DNA from: an uncultured Lachnospiraceae bacterium
GTDB lineage: Bacteria > Bacillota > Clostridia > Lachnospirales > Lachnospiraceae
Direction: 5' to 3'
Length of the DNA: 11,546 nt
NCBI GenBank assembly: GCA_964483155.1
Contig: CAZAAC010000063.1
Location: 1 to 11,546, forward strand
The notes beneath the pieces are model-generated. The model did no database searches. It was not told the DNA's origin and saw only the letters and a program-made list of their open reading frames with translations. Below are positions 1-7,402 of the stretch, piece by piece (within the stretch, counting starts at the first letter, position 1; each line of letters opens with the position of its first letter). The position numbers were made by a program, and so were the translations under genes.

Positions 1-85
1 CATCTCCTCTGCGGAGAATATCTACTACGGTCAAGGCCTCGACCATTTCAAAACCATCTGCAAATGTCATTATTACTTTTTTCAT
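1..85 (-). CDS. DJ-1/PfpI (ThiJ) family protein, N-terminal fragment; the gene runs off the window start
   Basis: Reverse strand from the ATG at 85-83 reads MKKVIMTFADGFEMVEALTVVDILRRGD, the canonical DJ-1/PfpI N-terminus (ADGFEE-EAL-VD-LRRAG pattern). A GGAGGA RBS (revcomp of 91-96) lies 5 nt upstream, inside the C-terminus of the preceding gene. Confidence 0.6.
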   Translation of the reverse strand, partial: MKKVIMTFADGFEMVEALTVVDILRRGD

Positions 86-86
86 T

Positions 87-725
87 TTATTCCTCCAAAT
101 TTTTAGTGTTTAGTGAAAGTGCAATGATCATAACGGGTATGCATAAAAAGCTTGCGTATGTGGCAAGGCGCCGGCAACTTAGCAGGGCAATAATGACACC
201 TAGATGATACAGTGCCAGAGTCACGCCAAAGAACAAACACTTTTCCCGTTGAGCATTTTGCCGGGACAGAATGTATTCAACTCCTGAATCGATAAACTGT
301 TTCAGATTATTTGTAGAAAAAATAGTCGAGCAGTTATATTCTTTTGTTCCGTGAAAAGCAGACCATTGAGTCGAAGCCATAAAAAATACTGGCATAACTC
401 CAAGCAGTGGATCTGCATTCACTGGAATTAGCAAAAGGATAAGAGCACCTGCGAAATTTACCAATATGGCATATAGGGAGATGTTCATGCTTCTTTTTAA
501 TATGGTACCCAATGCAATTCCTGAGAAAAAAATCAACAGGCCCAAAATTCTAAGAATGAGTGAATTTGTACTAGACACACAGACTGACTTGCAAATCTGG
601 ATCATGTTTGCTGTCTGCGCAAGACCAAAGTTATCATTTCTGCAAAATATCGTATATCCGCCGAGAAATCCGCCATTGAGGCACATGAGCCAATGCAGGG
701 ATAATTCTTTGTTTCGTATGTTCAT
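87..725 (-). CDS. DUF1275 / YoaK-like integral membrane protein. The alternative start at 764 adds 13 aa but has no RBS.
   Basis: Multi-TM hydrophobic ORF. The N-terminal motif GGFLGGYTIF...DNFGLAQTANM resembles the DUF1275 aGfvDa..f...vF.s.qTGN signature. An AAGGAAAT RBS precedes the internal Met (ATG at 725), which is preferred over the first Met at 764. The TAA stop at 89-87 directly abuts the DJ-1 start. Confidence 0.55.
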   Translation of the reverse strand: MNIRNKELSLHWLMCLNGGFLGGYTIFCRNDNFGLAQTANMIQICKSVCVSSTNSLILRILGLLIFFSGIALGTILKRSMNISLYAILVNFAGALILLLIPVNADPLLGVMPVFFMASTQWSAFHGTKEYNCSTIFSTNNLKQFIDSGVEYILSRQNAQREKCLFFGVTLALYHLGVIIALLSCRRLATYASFLCIPVMIIALSLNTKNLEE

Positions 726-807
726 TGAGTTATATTTCCTTTCGAAGAAATCGTAACATAACATAACGAATAAAAATACAGAATATTAATTATATTATAT
801 ATAGAAA

Positions 808-827
808 ATATCTATGGAAAATGATAT
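808..827. promoter_or_regulatory. Candidate LysR-type operator (T-N11-A-like dyad ATATC-N10-GATAT) in the divergent intergenic region
   Basis: A 5-bp inverted repeat, ATATC (808-812) and GATAT (823-827), with a 10-bp spacer sits ~45 bp upstream of the LysR start, between the divergent genes. LysR boxes are typically such AT-rich interrupted dyads. The context is AT-rich, so this could be chance. Confidence 0.2.
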
Positions 828-872
828 GTTATATAGGTAGCTAGTTGTACGCTGAACGAGGGAGATGAAGAA

Positions 873-1778
873 ATGGAATATATAAGCTATGATTGGTATA
901 AGGCTTTTTATATGGTCGTAAAAAATGGTAGTATTACGGCAGCTGCAGAGACTATGAAGTTGACTCAGCCAACGGTAACACATTCAATCCAGAAGCTTGA
1001 AGAGGCATTATCCAGCAAATTGTTAATTCGTGGGAAAAAAGGTGTTATCCTTACGGATGAAGGGCATATAATATATCAATACATTGAGAATGCATGTGAA
1101 AACATTATGCGCAGTGAAAAAGAATTGGTTAAGTACAAAAACAGAGAGTCTGGCGAACTGGTAGTCGGTGCAAATGAAACCACTTTGCATCATTTTCTCC
1201 TGCCTTACATTTCAGCTTATCAAAGGCAGTATCCGCAGATTAGTATCCGAATTGAGAACAATGTATCTCCGGAAATCATTAGGCATCTTCAGAATGGCAA
1301 GATAGACTGTGCTGTGATTTTCTTTTCTGCGGAATATAAAAAGGAGGAGATTGTCATAAAGGATCTGGCCCAAATACCCTACTGTATAATTGCAGGAAAA
1401 AATATACGGGAACTGCTTAACGGGAAGAAAGAATTAAAAGAATTGGAAAAGTATTCTCTGGTAGGCCTTGCTGAGAACACAGTATCTGGACAGGCACATA
1501 GAAAATTTTTTGAAGACAATGATTTAAATTACAAACCTAGAATAACTGTAGCAACGGCAGATCTTGTGGTTCCAACAGTAATAAGTACAGGCGGTATCGG
1601 AATAGTACCAAGGCCTTTTGCTGAGGAAAAGATTCAATCAGGGGATCTATTTGAAGTAAAAACAGCCCAGAAGATTCCGGACAGACCGATCTGTTTAATA
1701 TGCAATAATAACGCAGTAAATAAACCTGCAGTACGTGCGCTGATTGAGATGTTTGAAATGCATATGGGAAGAATTTAG
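873..1778 (+). CDS. LysR-family transcriptional regulator
   Basis: The N-terminal wHTH ITAAAETMKLTQPTVTHSIQKLEEALSSKLLIRGKKGVILTDEG is a textbook LysR signature. The 301-aa length and C-terminal substrate-binding-like domain fit. A GAGGGAG RBS lies upstream of the ATG at 873. It is divergent from the DUF1275 gene. Confidence 0.9.
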   Translation: MEYISYDWYKAFYMVVKNGSITAAAETMKLTQPTVTHSIQKLEEALSSKLLIRGKKGVILTDEGHIIYQYIENACENIMRSEKELVKYKNRESGELVVGANETTLHHFLLPYISAYQRQYPQISIRIENNVSPEIIRHLQNGKIDCAVIFFSAEYKKEEIVIKDLAQIPYCIIAGKNIRELLNGKKELKELEKYSLVGLAENTVSGQAHRKFFEDNDLNYKPRITVATADLVVPTVISTGGIGIVPRPFAEEKIQSGDLFEVKTAQKIPDRPICLICNNNAVNKPAVRALIEMFEMHMGRI

Positions 1779-1924
1779 CTGAAATTAGCGGAGTAGAGAA
1801 CTTATGAATTAGCAATATTACTATGGAAAAAGATATTCACTTAAAAATCTAGCCCGAACTTGTATTTTTAAGGAGAGCGAGTACACTTAAAGCAGTAAAT
1901 TTTTTCAAGAAAAGAGGAAGGAAT

Positions 1925-3961
1925 ATGGCAATTCAGTCAATTGTTTTATTATTCATTATTTTGGGTTGTGTTTTTGGATTGTATCTAATTGTTTTTCAAA
2001 TTTTGGGACTACGCGTAATTAGTTCAAATGAAGTAGCAGTTGTAGAAAAATGGTGGAGTATTAAAGGTTCATTAAAAGACTCCATTATTGCATTAAATGG
2101 AGAAGCAGGTTATGAACCTTCGCTTTTACGTGGAGGTATACATTTTCGCTCTGTATTGATGTACAAAATGCATAAGTATCCGCTGATTACGATTCCCCAG
2201 GGGCAGATTGCTTATATTTTTGCAAGAGATGGAAAACCACTTGCTCCAACACAAACACTTGGAAAAGTTGTAAATGAAGCGAATAACTTTCAGGATGTAA
2301 AAGGATTTTTGCAAAATGGTGGTCAAAGAGGTCCACAAAGAGGGATTTTGCGTGAAGGTACCTATGCTATTAATTTAGCACAATTTGTGGTAATTACACC
2401 AAGCGATATAAAAGCAGTTAATATTTCAAAACAAGATAGAAATGAATTATATGCTATGCAACAAACATTGGCGCAAAGAAATGCATTTACTCCTGTCATT
2501 ATTATGGGTAGAGGCGTAGATGCCAGTGATGATATTTGTATTGTAACAGTACATGATGGACTTCCGCTTGAAAATGGTGAGATCATTGCAAGTGATGTTG
2601 GACCAGACCATTCGAATTTTCAAGATCCAGAAAAGTTTTTAGAACTTGGTGGAAGACGTGGTAAACAGATAAGAGTACTAACAGACGGAACTTACTATAT
2701 TAATCGTTTATTTGCTACTGTAGAATACCGTGCAAAAACAGTGGTTCCCATTGGATTTGTGGGTGTTGTGGTTTCCTTTTATGGAGAACAGGGTGTAGAC
2801 ACTACAGGTTCTGATTATAAGCATGGAGAATTGGTTGCAGATGGATGTAAAGGTGTATTAGAAAAACCTTTGATGCCAGGTAAGTATGCATTTAATACAG
2901 ATGCCGGAAAAGTTGTACTTGTTCCTACTACAAATATTATTTTGAAATGGAATAAGAGCGAAACTGGTGATCATAAATATGATGAAAATTTAACAGAAGT
3001 TGATATTATCACAAAGGATGCATTTGAGCCGTCATTACCACTTTCAGTTGTAATGCATATTGATTATAAACAGGCACCATGGGTAATTCAAAGATTTGGT
3101 GATATTAGTATGTTGGTAAATCAGTCACTAGATCCTCTTGTAAGTGCATATTTTAAAGATGTGGCTCAGACTAAGACATTGATTGAACTGATTCAGGAAA
3201 GAAGTGAAATACGTGAGCGCGCAGTAAAAGAAATGCATGAAAAATTCCAAAGATATAATCTTCAATTAGAAGAGGTATTGATTGGAACACCAAAAACAAG
3301 CGCAGGCGATATCATGATTGAGAATATTTTAACCCAGCTTCGTGAGCGTCAGATTGCGGAAGAAAAGAAAGTGACTTACCAGAAACAGCAAGAAGCTGCA
3401 GAAAGTGAAAAAACATTACGTGAAGCAGAAGCAGCAGCTGAGCAACAGGGATTCCTTACCAAATCAAAGATTCAGATTGAAGTAGAGCGTAATAGCGGTG
3501 CGGCGCTTGCAAGTAAAGCAGAACAAGAAGCAAATCAGATCACGGCACTTGCAAAGGCAAACTCTACAAAAATCAGACTTGAAGGTGAAGCAGAAGCTTC
3601 AAAAGAATCGAATGTTGGTCTTGCAAAAGCCCAGGCAATTGATGCACAGGTTAAAGCATATGGTGGTGCAGAATATCGAGTAATTCAAGAAGTTGTGGAT
3701 AAACTATCTGAGGCAATTCGATATGCACAGGTTGATATTGTTCCAAAAACAGTAGTCAATATGGGCGGAAATGGCGATGGAAATGCTACAAATGCAGGGA
3801 CAAATACCGTTATGGACACCTTACTGAAATTCATTACCATTGATAAACTAGGGGTATCACTTGTTACAAAAGAGGAAGATAAAGTAGAAAATACGCCAAA
3901 AGAAGTTGAAAAAGAAGTGACAATAGAAGAAAAATCGAATATTTCAAAAACCGAAGAATAA
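1925..3961 (+). CDS. Flotillin-like SPFH (band-7) domain protein, YqiK/FloT family, unusually long at 678 aa
   Basis: N-terminal membrane anchor (IVLLFIILGCVFGLYLIVFQILGL). SPFH-like strand motifs (LLRGGIHFRSVLMYKMHKYPLITIPQGQ). A long Ala/Glu/Gln-rich coiled-coil with EA repeats (REAEAAAEQQ...EGEAEASKE). A Gly/Asn-rich C-terminal tail (NMGGNGDGNATNAGTN) as in E. coli YqiK. The AAGAGGAAGGAAT RBS is strong. Confidence 0.65.
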   Translation: MAIQSIVLLFIILGCVFGLYLIVFQILGLRVISSNEVAVVEKWWSIKGSLKDSIIALNGEAGYEPSLLRGGIHFRSVLMYKMHKYPLITIPQGQIAYIFARDGKPLAPTQTLGKVVNEANNFQDVKGFLQNGGQRGPQRGILREGTYAINLAQFVVITPSDIKAVNISKQDRNELYAMQQTLAQRNAFTPVIIMGRGVDASDDICIVTVHDGLPLENGEIIASDVGPDHSNFQDPEKFLELGGRRGKQIRVLTDGTYYINRLFATVEYRAKTVVPIGFVGVVVSFYGEQGVDTTGSDYKHGELVADGCKGVLEKPLMPGKYAFNTDAGKVVLVPTTNIILKWNKSETGDHKYDENLTEVDIITKDAFEPSLPLSVVMHIDYKQAPWVIQRFGDISMLVNQSLDPLVSAYFKDVAQTKTLIELIQERSEIRERAVKEMHEKFQRYNLQLEEVLIGTPKTSAGDIMIENILTQLRERQIAEEKKVTYQKQQEAAESEKTLREAEAAAEQQGFLTKSKIQIEVERNSGAALASKAEQEANQITALAKANSTKIRLEGEAEASKESNVGLAKAQAIDAQVKAYGGAEYRVIQEVVDKLSEAIRYAQVDIVPKTVVNMGGNGDGNATNAGTNTVMDTLLKFITIDKLGVSLVTKEEDKVENTPKEVEKEVTIEEKSNISKTEE

Positions 3962-3984
3962 GATATTAGTGATAGAATGATAGA

Positions 3985-4033
3985 ATGGAGTGTTATAAAT
4001 TGACAAGTAATAAGTCTTTTTGCAACACTCCAT
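3985..4033. other. 10-bp perfect inverted repeat (ATGGAGTGTT ... AACACTCCAT) with a 29-nt loop; possible weak terminator or regulatory hairpin after the flotillin gene
   Basis: 3985-3994 is the exact reverse complement of 4024-4033. The loop contains a consensus -35-like TTGACA (4000-4005). There is no immediate U-tract, but the downstream DNA is T-rich. Confidence 0.3.
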
Positions 4034-4174
4034 ACTATTATGATTAGTTATTTTATATTTTTTATAGCCCTGCATACGATGCTCTCATTTTTTGAACAGA
4101 AAAAGAGAGGAAAAATGTGCGTGGCTATTGTACTATCAAGTAATAGATTGACAATCAAGGTAAGGAGAAAGAGT

Positions 4175-4639
4175 ATGGATGAGAAGTTTATGATGTTTCT
4201 TAATGATATTCCAGTTTCATTACAGGGCTTTGTGCTTGAACTGGATGAGTTTCTAATAAGTAAAGGATGCAAGAGAGAAATAAAGGCAGCAAAAAGTGGA
4301 TTTGTTTCGTCTTATATAAATCTATCGACAAAGAAAACACTGTTAAATTATGTCTTTAGAAAAACAGGAGTAAAAATGCGAATATATGCAGCCAAGGTGG
4401 CAAACTTTGATTCCATTTTGGATGATTTCCCAGCAAAAATGAAAAAGGAAATTATAAAAGCAGGAGATTGTAAAAAACTCACAGGAGCGATTTGCTCTCC
4501 TACATGTCCAGCTGGATATACCTTTGTTATGGATGGAACTGAAAATAAAAAATGCAGAAGTACAGCATTCTTTCATGATTTAAATGAAGAAAGCAGCAAA
4601 TACATCTGGAATCTCATTGAGTCAGAGGTATCAGCATAA
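4175..4639 (+). CDS. Hypothetical protein, 154 aa, possibly DUF1801/YdhG-like, with a C-terminal 4-Cys cluster
   Basis: An AAGGAGAAAG RBS lies 6 nt before the ATG at 4175. The longer ORF from 4040 lacks an RBS and its N-terminus looks like non-coding read-through. The central segment KSGFVSSYINLSTKKTLLNYVFRKTGVKMRIY resembles the DUF1801 core. The C-terminus is C-x7-C-x3-C-x15-C. Confidence 0.5.
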   Translation: MDEKFMMFLNDIPVSLQGFVLELDEFLISKGCKREIKAAKSGFVSSYINLSTKKTLLNYVFRKTGVKMRIYAAKVANFDSILDDFPAKMKKEIIKAGDCKKLTGAICSPTCPAGYTFVMDGTENKKCRSTAFFHDLNEESSKYIWNLIESEVSA

Positions 4640-4743
4640 CACGAAAGAAAAATTTTTTTATCTTCAAACGGTTTTATCAGGACGTATTTCAAACCAGAAG
4701 GGGGAATAGAATACTACAATAGACAATAAAAAAGGAGGAAAAA

Positions 4744-5190
4744 ATGCTTAGATATGTACATACTAACATTATTGCAAAAGATACAAAGAAACTCATCGAA
4801 TTTTATAAAAAGGTCTTTGATTGCAAGAGTATAGGGGAAACCCGGAATATCAGCGGAGAATGGCTTGATAAGATGACTGGTGTAAAAAATGCACATATTA
4901 CAGGGGAACACATCTGTCTGCCTGGTTATGATGAGGCTCATCCAACGTTAGAGATTTTTTCCTATGATGAAATACTGGATGGAGGAACCCAGCATACTAA
5001 CAGAGCAGGTTTTGCACATCTTGCATTTGAAACAAATGACGTTGAGGGAAAATTAAAAGAAGTACTAGAAGCTGGTGGGTCGAAATATGGAGAACTTGTC
5101 AAAACACTTTACGAGGATGGAAGAAAAGCAGTTTTTGTATATGCAGCAGATCCGGAAGGCAATATTATTGAATTGCAAAGCTGGTCGTAA
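4744..5190 (+). CDS. VOC-family protein (glyoxalase / bleomycin-resistance / dioxygenase fold)
   Basis: Two beta-alpha-beta-beta-beta halves. HLAFETNDVEGKLKEVLEAGG and VFVYAADPEGNIIEL are typical VOC motifs. The AAAGGAGGAAAAAATG RBS is strong. Confidence 0.85.
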   Translation: MLRYVHTNIIAKDTKKLIEFYKKVFDCKSIGETRNISGEWLDKMTGVKNAHITGEHICLPGYDEAHPTLEIFSYDEILDGGTQHTNRAGFAHLAFETNDVEGKLKEVLEAGGSKYGELVKTLYEDGRKAVFVYAADPEGNIIELQSWS

Positions 5191-5202
5191 AGGGAAAGGG
5201 AA

Positions 5203-5226
5203 CAACCAGAGGTTGCGAATTTTTTT
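5203..5226 (+). terminator. Weak candidate intrinsic terminator after the VOC gene
   Basis: CAACC-aga-GGTTG is a 5-bp stem with a 3-nt loop, followed after 4 nt by T7 (5220-5226). The stem is short. Confidence 0.3.
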
Positions 5227-5259
5227 AATAGAATTAAACGGTAACTTGATGGGAGAAGA

Positions 5260-6021
5260 ATGGGAAGCAAGATAAATATTTATGAACAGGGGCAGATAGA
5301 AATTTTATTTGGTAGTCACGACCACTCCTTTCCACTGCACAGCCATGAATGCTGGTGTATCGGAATGGTGACCGAGGGAGAAGTATGGTTTAAAATTAAA
5401 GACCAGGAATGTCTTCTGAAAAAAGGTATGATGTATGTTATCCCTTCTAATGCAGGGGTATTAATCACAAAAAAGAGGGGATATCATTTTGTAACGATAT
5501 GCTTCAAGGATGAATTACGAGAACGATTTCAAACAATAGAATTAGAACAATATTTTTTAAAATTAAAGGATACAGATAACTTTATGAGAGTCTGCTATGA
5601 TTTTATGTGGTATGGAGATATGTCGAAGATCATACAAGAATTCCTAGAAATCATGCGACCGATGATTTCTATAAAAAATATAAAGGAACAAAAGCAACTG
5701 AGCTTATCTGTCAAAAAAGCAGCAGAATTTATTAAAAAAAATCAAAATAACAGATTTGATTTGGACAATATTGCGATGGAAGCCAATATTTCAAAATATC
5801 ATTTGGTACGCCTGTTTAAGAAGGAGATGGGTGTAACACCAAATCAGTATTACATACAAAATAAGCTACGCACAGTAAAAACAAAGATTATGGAAGAACA
5901 ATCGGAAGTGCAGATAGCAACAGAGCTGAATTACGCAGACCAGAGCCATTTGTGCAGGCAGTTCAAGCAGCTGATGGGGGTTAGCTTACAGGAATATAAA
6001 AGAAATGTTCGCAGAAAATAG
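5260..6021 (+). CDS. AraC-family transcriptional regulator (cupin-like N-terminal domain plus C-terminal HTH)
   Basis: The C-terminus FDLDNIAMEANISKYHLVRLFKKEMGVTPNQYYIQNKLRTVKTKIM...QIATELNYADQSHLCRQFKQLMGVSLQEYKRN is a classic dual-HTH AraC signature. The N-terminal His/Cys-rich region is a cupin-type sensor. Confidence 0.9.
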   Translation: MGSKINIYEQGQIEILFGSHDHSFPLHSHECWCIGMVTEGEVWFKIKDQECLLKKGMMYVIPSNAGVLITKKRGYHFVTICFKDELRERFQTIELEQYFLKLKDTDNFMRVCYDFMWYGDMSKIIQEFLEIMRPMISIKNIKEQKQLSLSVKKAAEFIKKNQNNRFDLDNIAMEANISKYHLVRLFKKEMGVTPNQYYIQNKLRTVKTKIMEEQSEVQIATELNYADQSHLCRQFKQLMGVSLQEYKRNVRRK

Positions 6022-6098
6022 AGCAATATTTTACAATACCAGCGAATTCCTTTGTGTTAGTGTTAGATGAAAAAAACGAGCAAAGGAAGAGGTATAAA

Positions 6099-6404
6099 AT
6101 GAAAATAAAAGCAGCATTTATTTTTGTAGCAGAGAAAGCAGATTCAAAACAGCACAGAGCAGTAATTGATACGCAAGGTCTTACACTTTATGTGGTTGGT
6201 GTGGAAAATTATGAACAGGCAGTTCAAGTAGCAAAGGAATTGGTAGCAGAGGGAATAAAAGCAATAGAATTATGTGCCGGTTTTGGAAATGAAGGTACAG
6301 GTCTCATCTGTAAAGCAGTGGGTTCAGAAGCAGTAGTAGGGGCCGTAAGGTTTGACCGCCACCCAGCGTTTGGTTACAGAAGCGGAGACGAAATGTTTCA
6401 ATAG
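6099..6404 (+). CDS. Small conserved hypothetical protein (~101 aa, possibly DUF6506-like)
   Basis: An AGGAAGAGG RBS precedes the internal ATG at 6099, which is preferred over the ORF start at 6054. A Gly-rich AIELCAGFGNEGTGLI motif resembles a small alpha/beta nucleotide-binding-type fold. The family assignment is from memory only. Confidence 0.55.
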   Translation: MKIKAAFIFVAEKADSKQHRAVIDTQGLTLYVVGVENYEQAVQVAKELVAEGIKAIELCAGFGNEGTGLICKAVGSEAVVGAVRFDRHPAFGYRSGDEMFQ

Positions 6405-6422
6405 AATTTTAATCATACAGTC

Positions 6423-6451
6423 TTGCATATAGCTGGTTTTTTTTCTATAAT
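6423..6451 (+). promoter_or_regulatory. Near-consensus sigma-A promoter upstream of nudC: TTGCAT -17- TATAAT
   Basis: The -35 TTGCAT is at 6423-6428. The -10 TATAAT is at 6446-6451, a perfect hexamer. The exact 17-nt spacer contains a T8 homopolymer. The implied leader to the nudC ATG is ~75-80 nt. Confidence 0.5.
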
Positions 6452-6532
6452 GGGAAACAGGCAATAAAAAAATAGAAAGGTTGCGTGGACAGAAAACAAC
6501 TGTTTCTGAGAGCAGTATGATAAGGTACAATT

Positions 6533-7402
6533 ATGATACAGGATATATTTCCAAATGTTTTCCATAATGAATACGTGGAAAAAACACCTACAGATAAAAG
6601 TGTGATTTTAGCTTTTAATAATGATACTATTCTTGTAAATAATAAGGATGGAGAAATTGAATTTCCTAGGAAAAGGGAGTTTGAGAAAGCGGAGTGTACA
6701 TTTATATATTTATTCTCAATAGATACAACAGAATATTTTCTTGCGGATTATGATAATGCAGGGGCTATGGATGATGGATTAGTTGCCCCTGATTATACTT
6801 ATGAACCAATAGGTGCCTTGCGATACTCTTCGCCGAAGGATCGGGGATTTGCTGGAATTACTGCTTTTCACCTATATAACTGGTATAGAGATAACAAATT
6901 CTGCGGAAGATGTAAGGGTCATATGAAGCCAAGTCATAAGGAGCGCATGCTTTTTTGTGAGCAATGTAATACAATGATTTATCCAAAGATCTCTCCGGCA
7001 ATGGTGGTTGCAATTGTGGATGGAAATCGCCTGCTGCTGACAAAATATGCAGGAAGAGAATATACAAATTATGCACTGATCGCGGGATTTGCAGAAATAG
7101 GTGAGAGCGTGGAAGCGACTGTGATGAGGGAGACATTGGAAGAGGTAGGTCTGAAGGTTAAAAATATAACGTACTTCAAAAGTCAGCCATGGGCCTTCTC
7201 AGGTAGCCTTTTAATGGGGTTTTTTGCAGAATTAGATGGCGATGATAAGATTACTCTGGATGAAAACGAATTATTGGAAGCAAATTGGTTTTCCAGAGAA
7301 GAGATTCAGATAGAGGAAGACGGAATAAGCCTCACAAGGGAAATGATTCACAGATTCAAAACAGGTAACTATCATATAGAAAACTCTCTATTTCCAGATT
7401 AA
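6533..7402 (+). CDS. nudC: NAD(+) diphosphatase (NADH pyrophosphatase), Nudix family with zinc ribbon
   Basis: A CGRC...CEQC zinc ribbon is immediately followed by the Nudix fold. The Nudix box GFAEIGESVEATVMRETLEEVGL matches Gx5Ex7REUxEExGU. The three-domain NudC layout is present. The downstream SQPWAFSGSLLMGF matches the NudC-specific region. Confidence 0.85.
   Translation: MIQDIFPNVFHNEYVEKTPTDKSVILAFNNDTILVNNKDGEIEFPRKREFEKAECTFIYLFSIDTTEYFLADYDNAGAMDDGLVAPDYTYEPIGALRYSSPKDRGFAGITAFHLYNWYRDNKFCGRCKGHMKPSHKERMLFCEQCNTMIYPKISPAMVVAIVDGNRLLLTKYAGREYTNYALIAGFAEIGESVEATVMRETLEEVGLKVKNITYFKSQPWAFSGSLLMGFFAELDGDDKITLDENELLEANWFSREEIQIEEDGISLTREMIHRFKTGNYHIENSLFPD

Noticed and set aside
466-756. 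96-aa + strand ORF
   Set aside because: It lies entirely antisense within the well-supported DUF1275 membrane-protein gene. It has no RBS and no recognisable motifs, so it looks like a shadow ORF.
795-983. 62-aa - strand ORF spanning the LysR promoter and start region
   Set aside because: It overlaps the LysR start and the divergent intergenic region. The AT-rich sequence gives a low-complexity peptide and there is no RBS.
1537-1815. 92-aa - strand ORF
   Set aside because: Antisense to the 3' end of the LysR gene. Shadow ORF.
2126-2586. Two - strand ORFs (70 aa and 74 aa)
   Set aside because: Both lie antisense inside the flotillin-like gene and have no supporting signals.
3498-3683. 61-aa + strand ORF rich in K, Q and R
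   Set aside because: It is an alternative frame of the Ala/Glu-repeat coiled-coil coding region of the flotillin gene. The basic low-complexity peptide is a frame artefact.
4040-4174. N-terminal 45-codon extension of the 4175 gene (ORF track start at 4040)
   Set aside because: There is no RBS at 4040. The extension covers the inverted-repeat and promoter-like intergenic DNA. A strong AAGGAG RBS precedes the internal ATG at 4175.
4640-4743. A5/T7 palindromic-looking stretch (GAAAGAAAAATTTTTTTATCTTC) after the 4175 gene, as a terminator
   Set aside because: The stem would be almost purely A-T and imperfect, so it is not a credible intrinsic terminator.
4048-4941. Three - strand ORFs (4048-4272, 4343-4576, 4714-4941)
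   Set aside because: They are antisense to, or overlap, the 4175 gene and the VOC gene start. There are no motifs or RBS.
5075-5275. 66-aa + strand ORF
   Set aside because: It is out of frame inside the VOC gene 3' end and spans the VOC/AraC gap. Shadow ORF.
6054-6098. 15-codon upstream extension of the small conserved protein
   Set aside because: The RBS AGGAAGAGG sits immediately before the ATG at 6099, not before 6054.
6324-6530. 68-aa - strand ORF across the nudC promoter region
   Set aside because: It is antisense to the end of the 6099 gene and the nudC promoter and leader. No support.
6858-7136. 92-aa - strand ORF
   Set aside because: Antisense within nudC.
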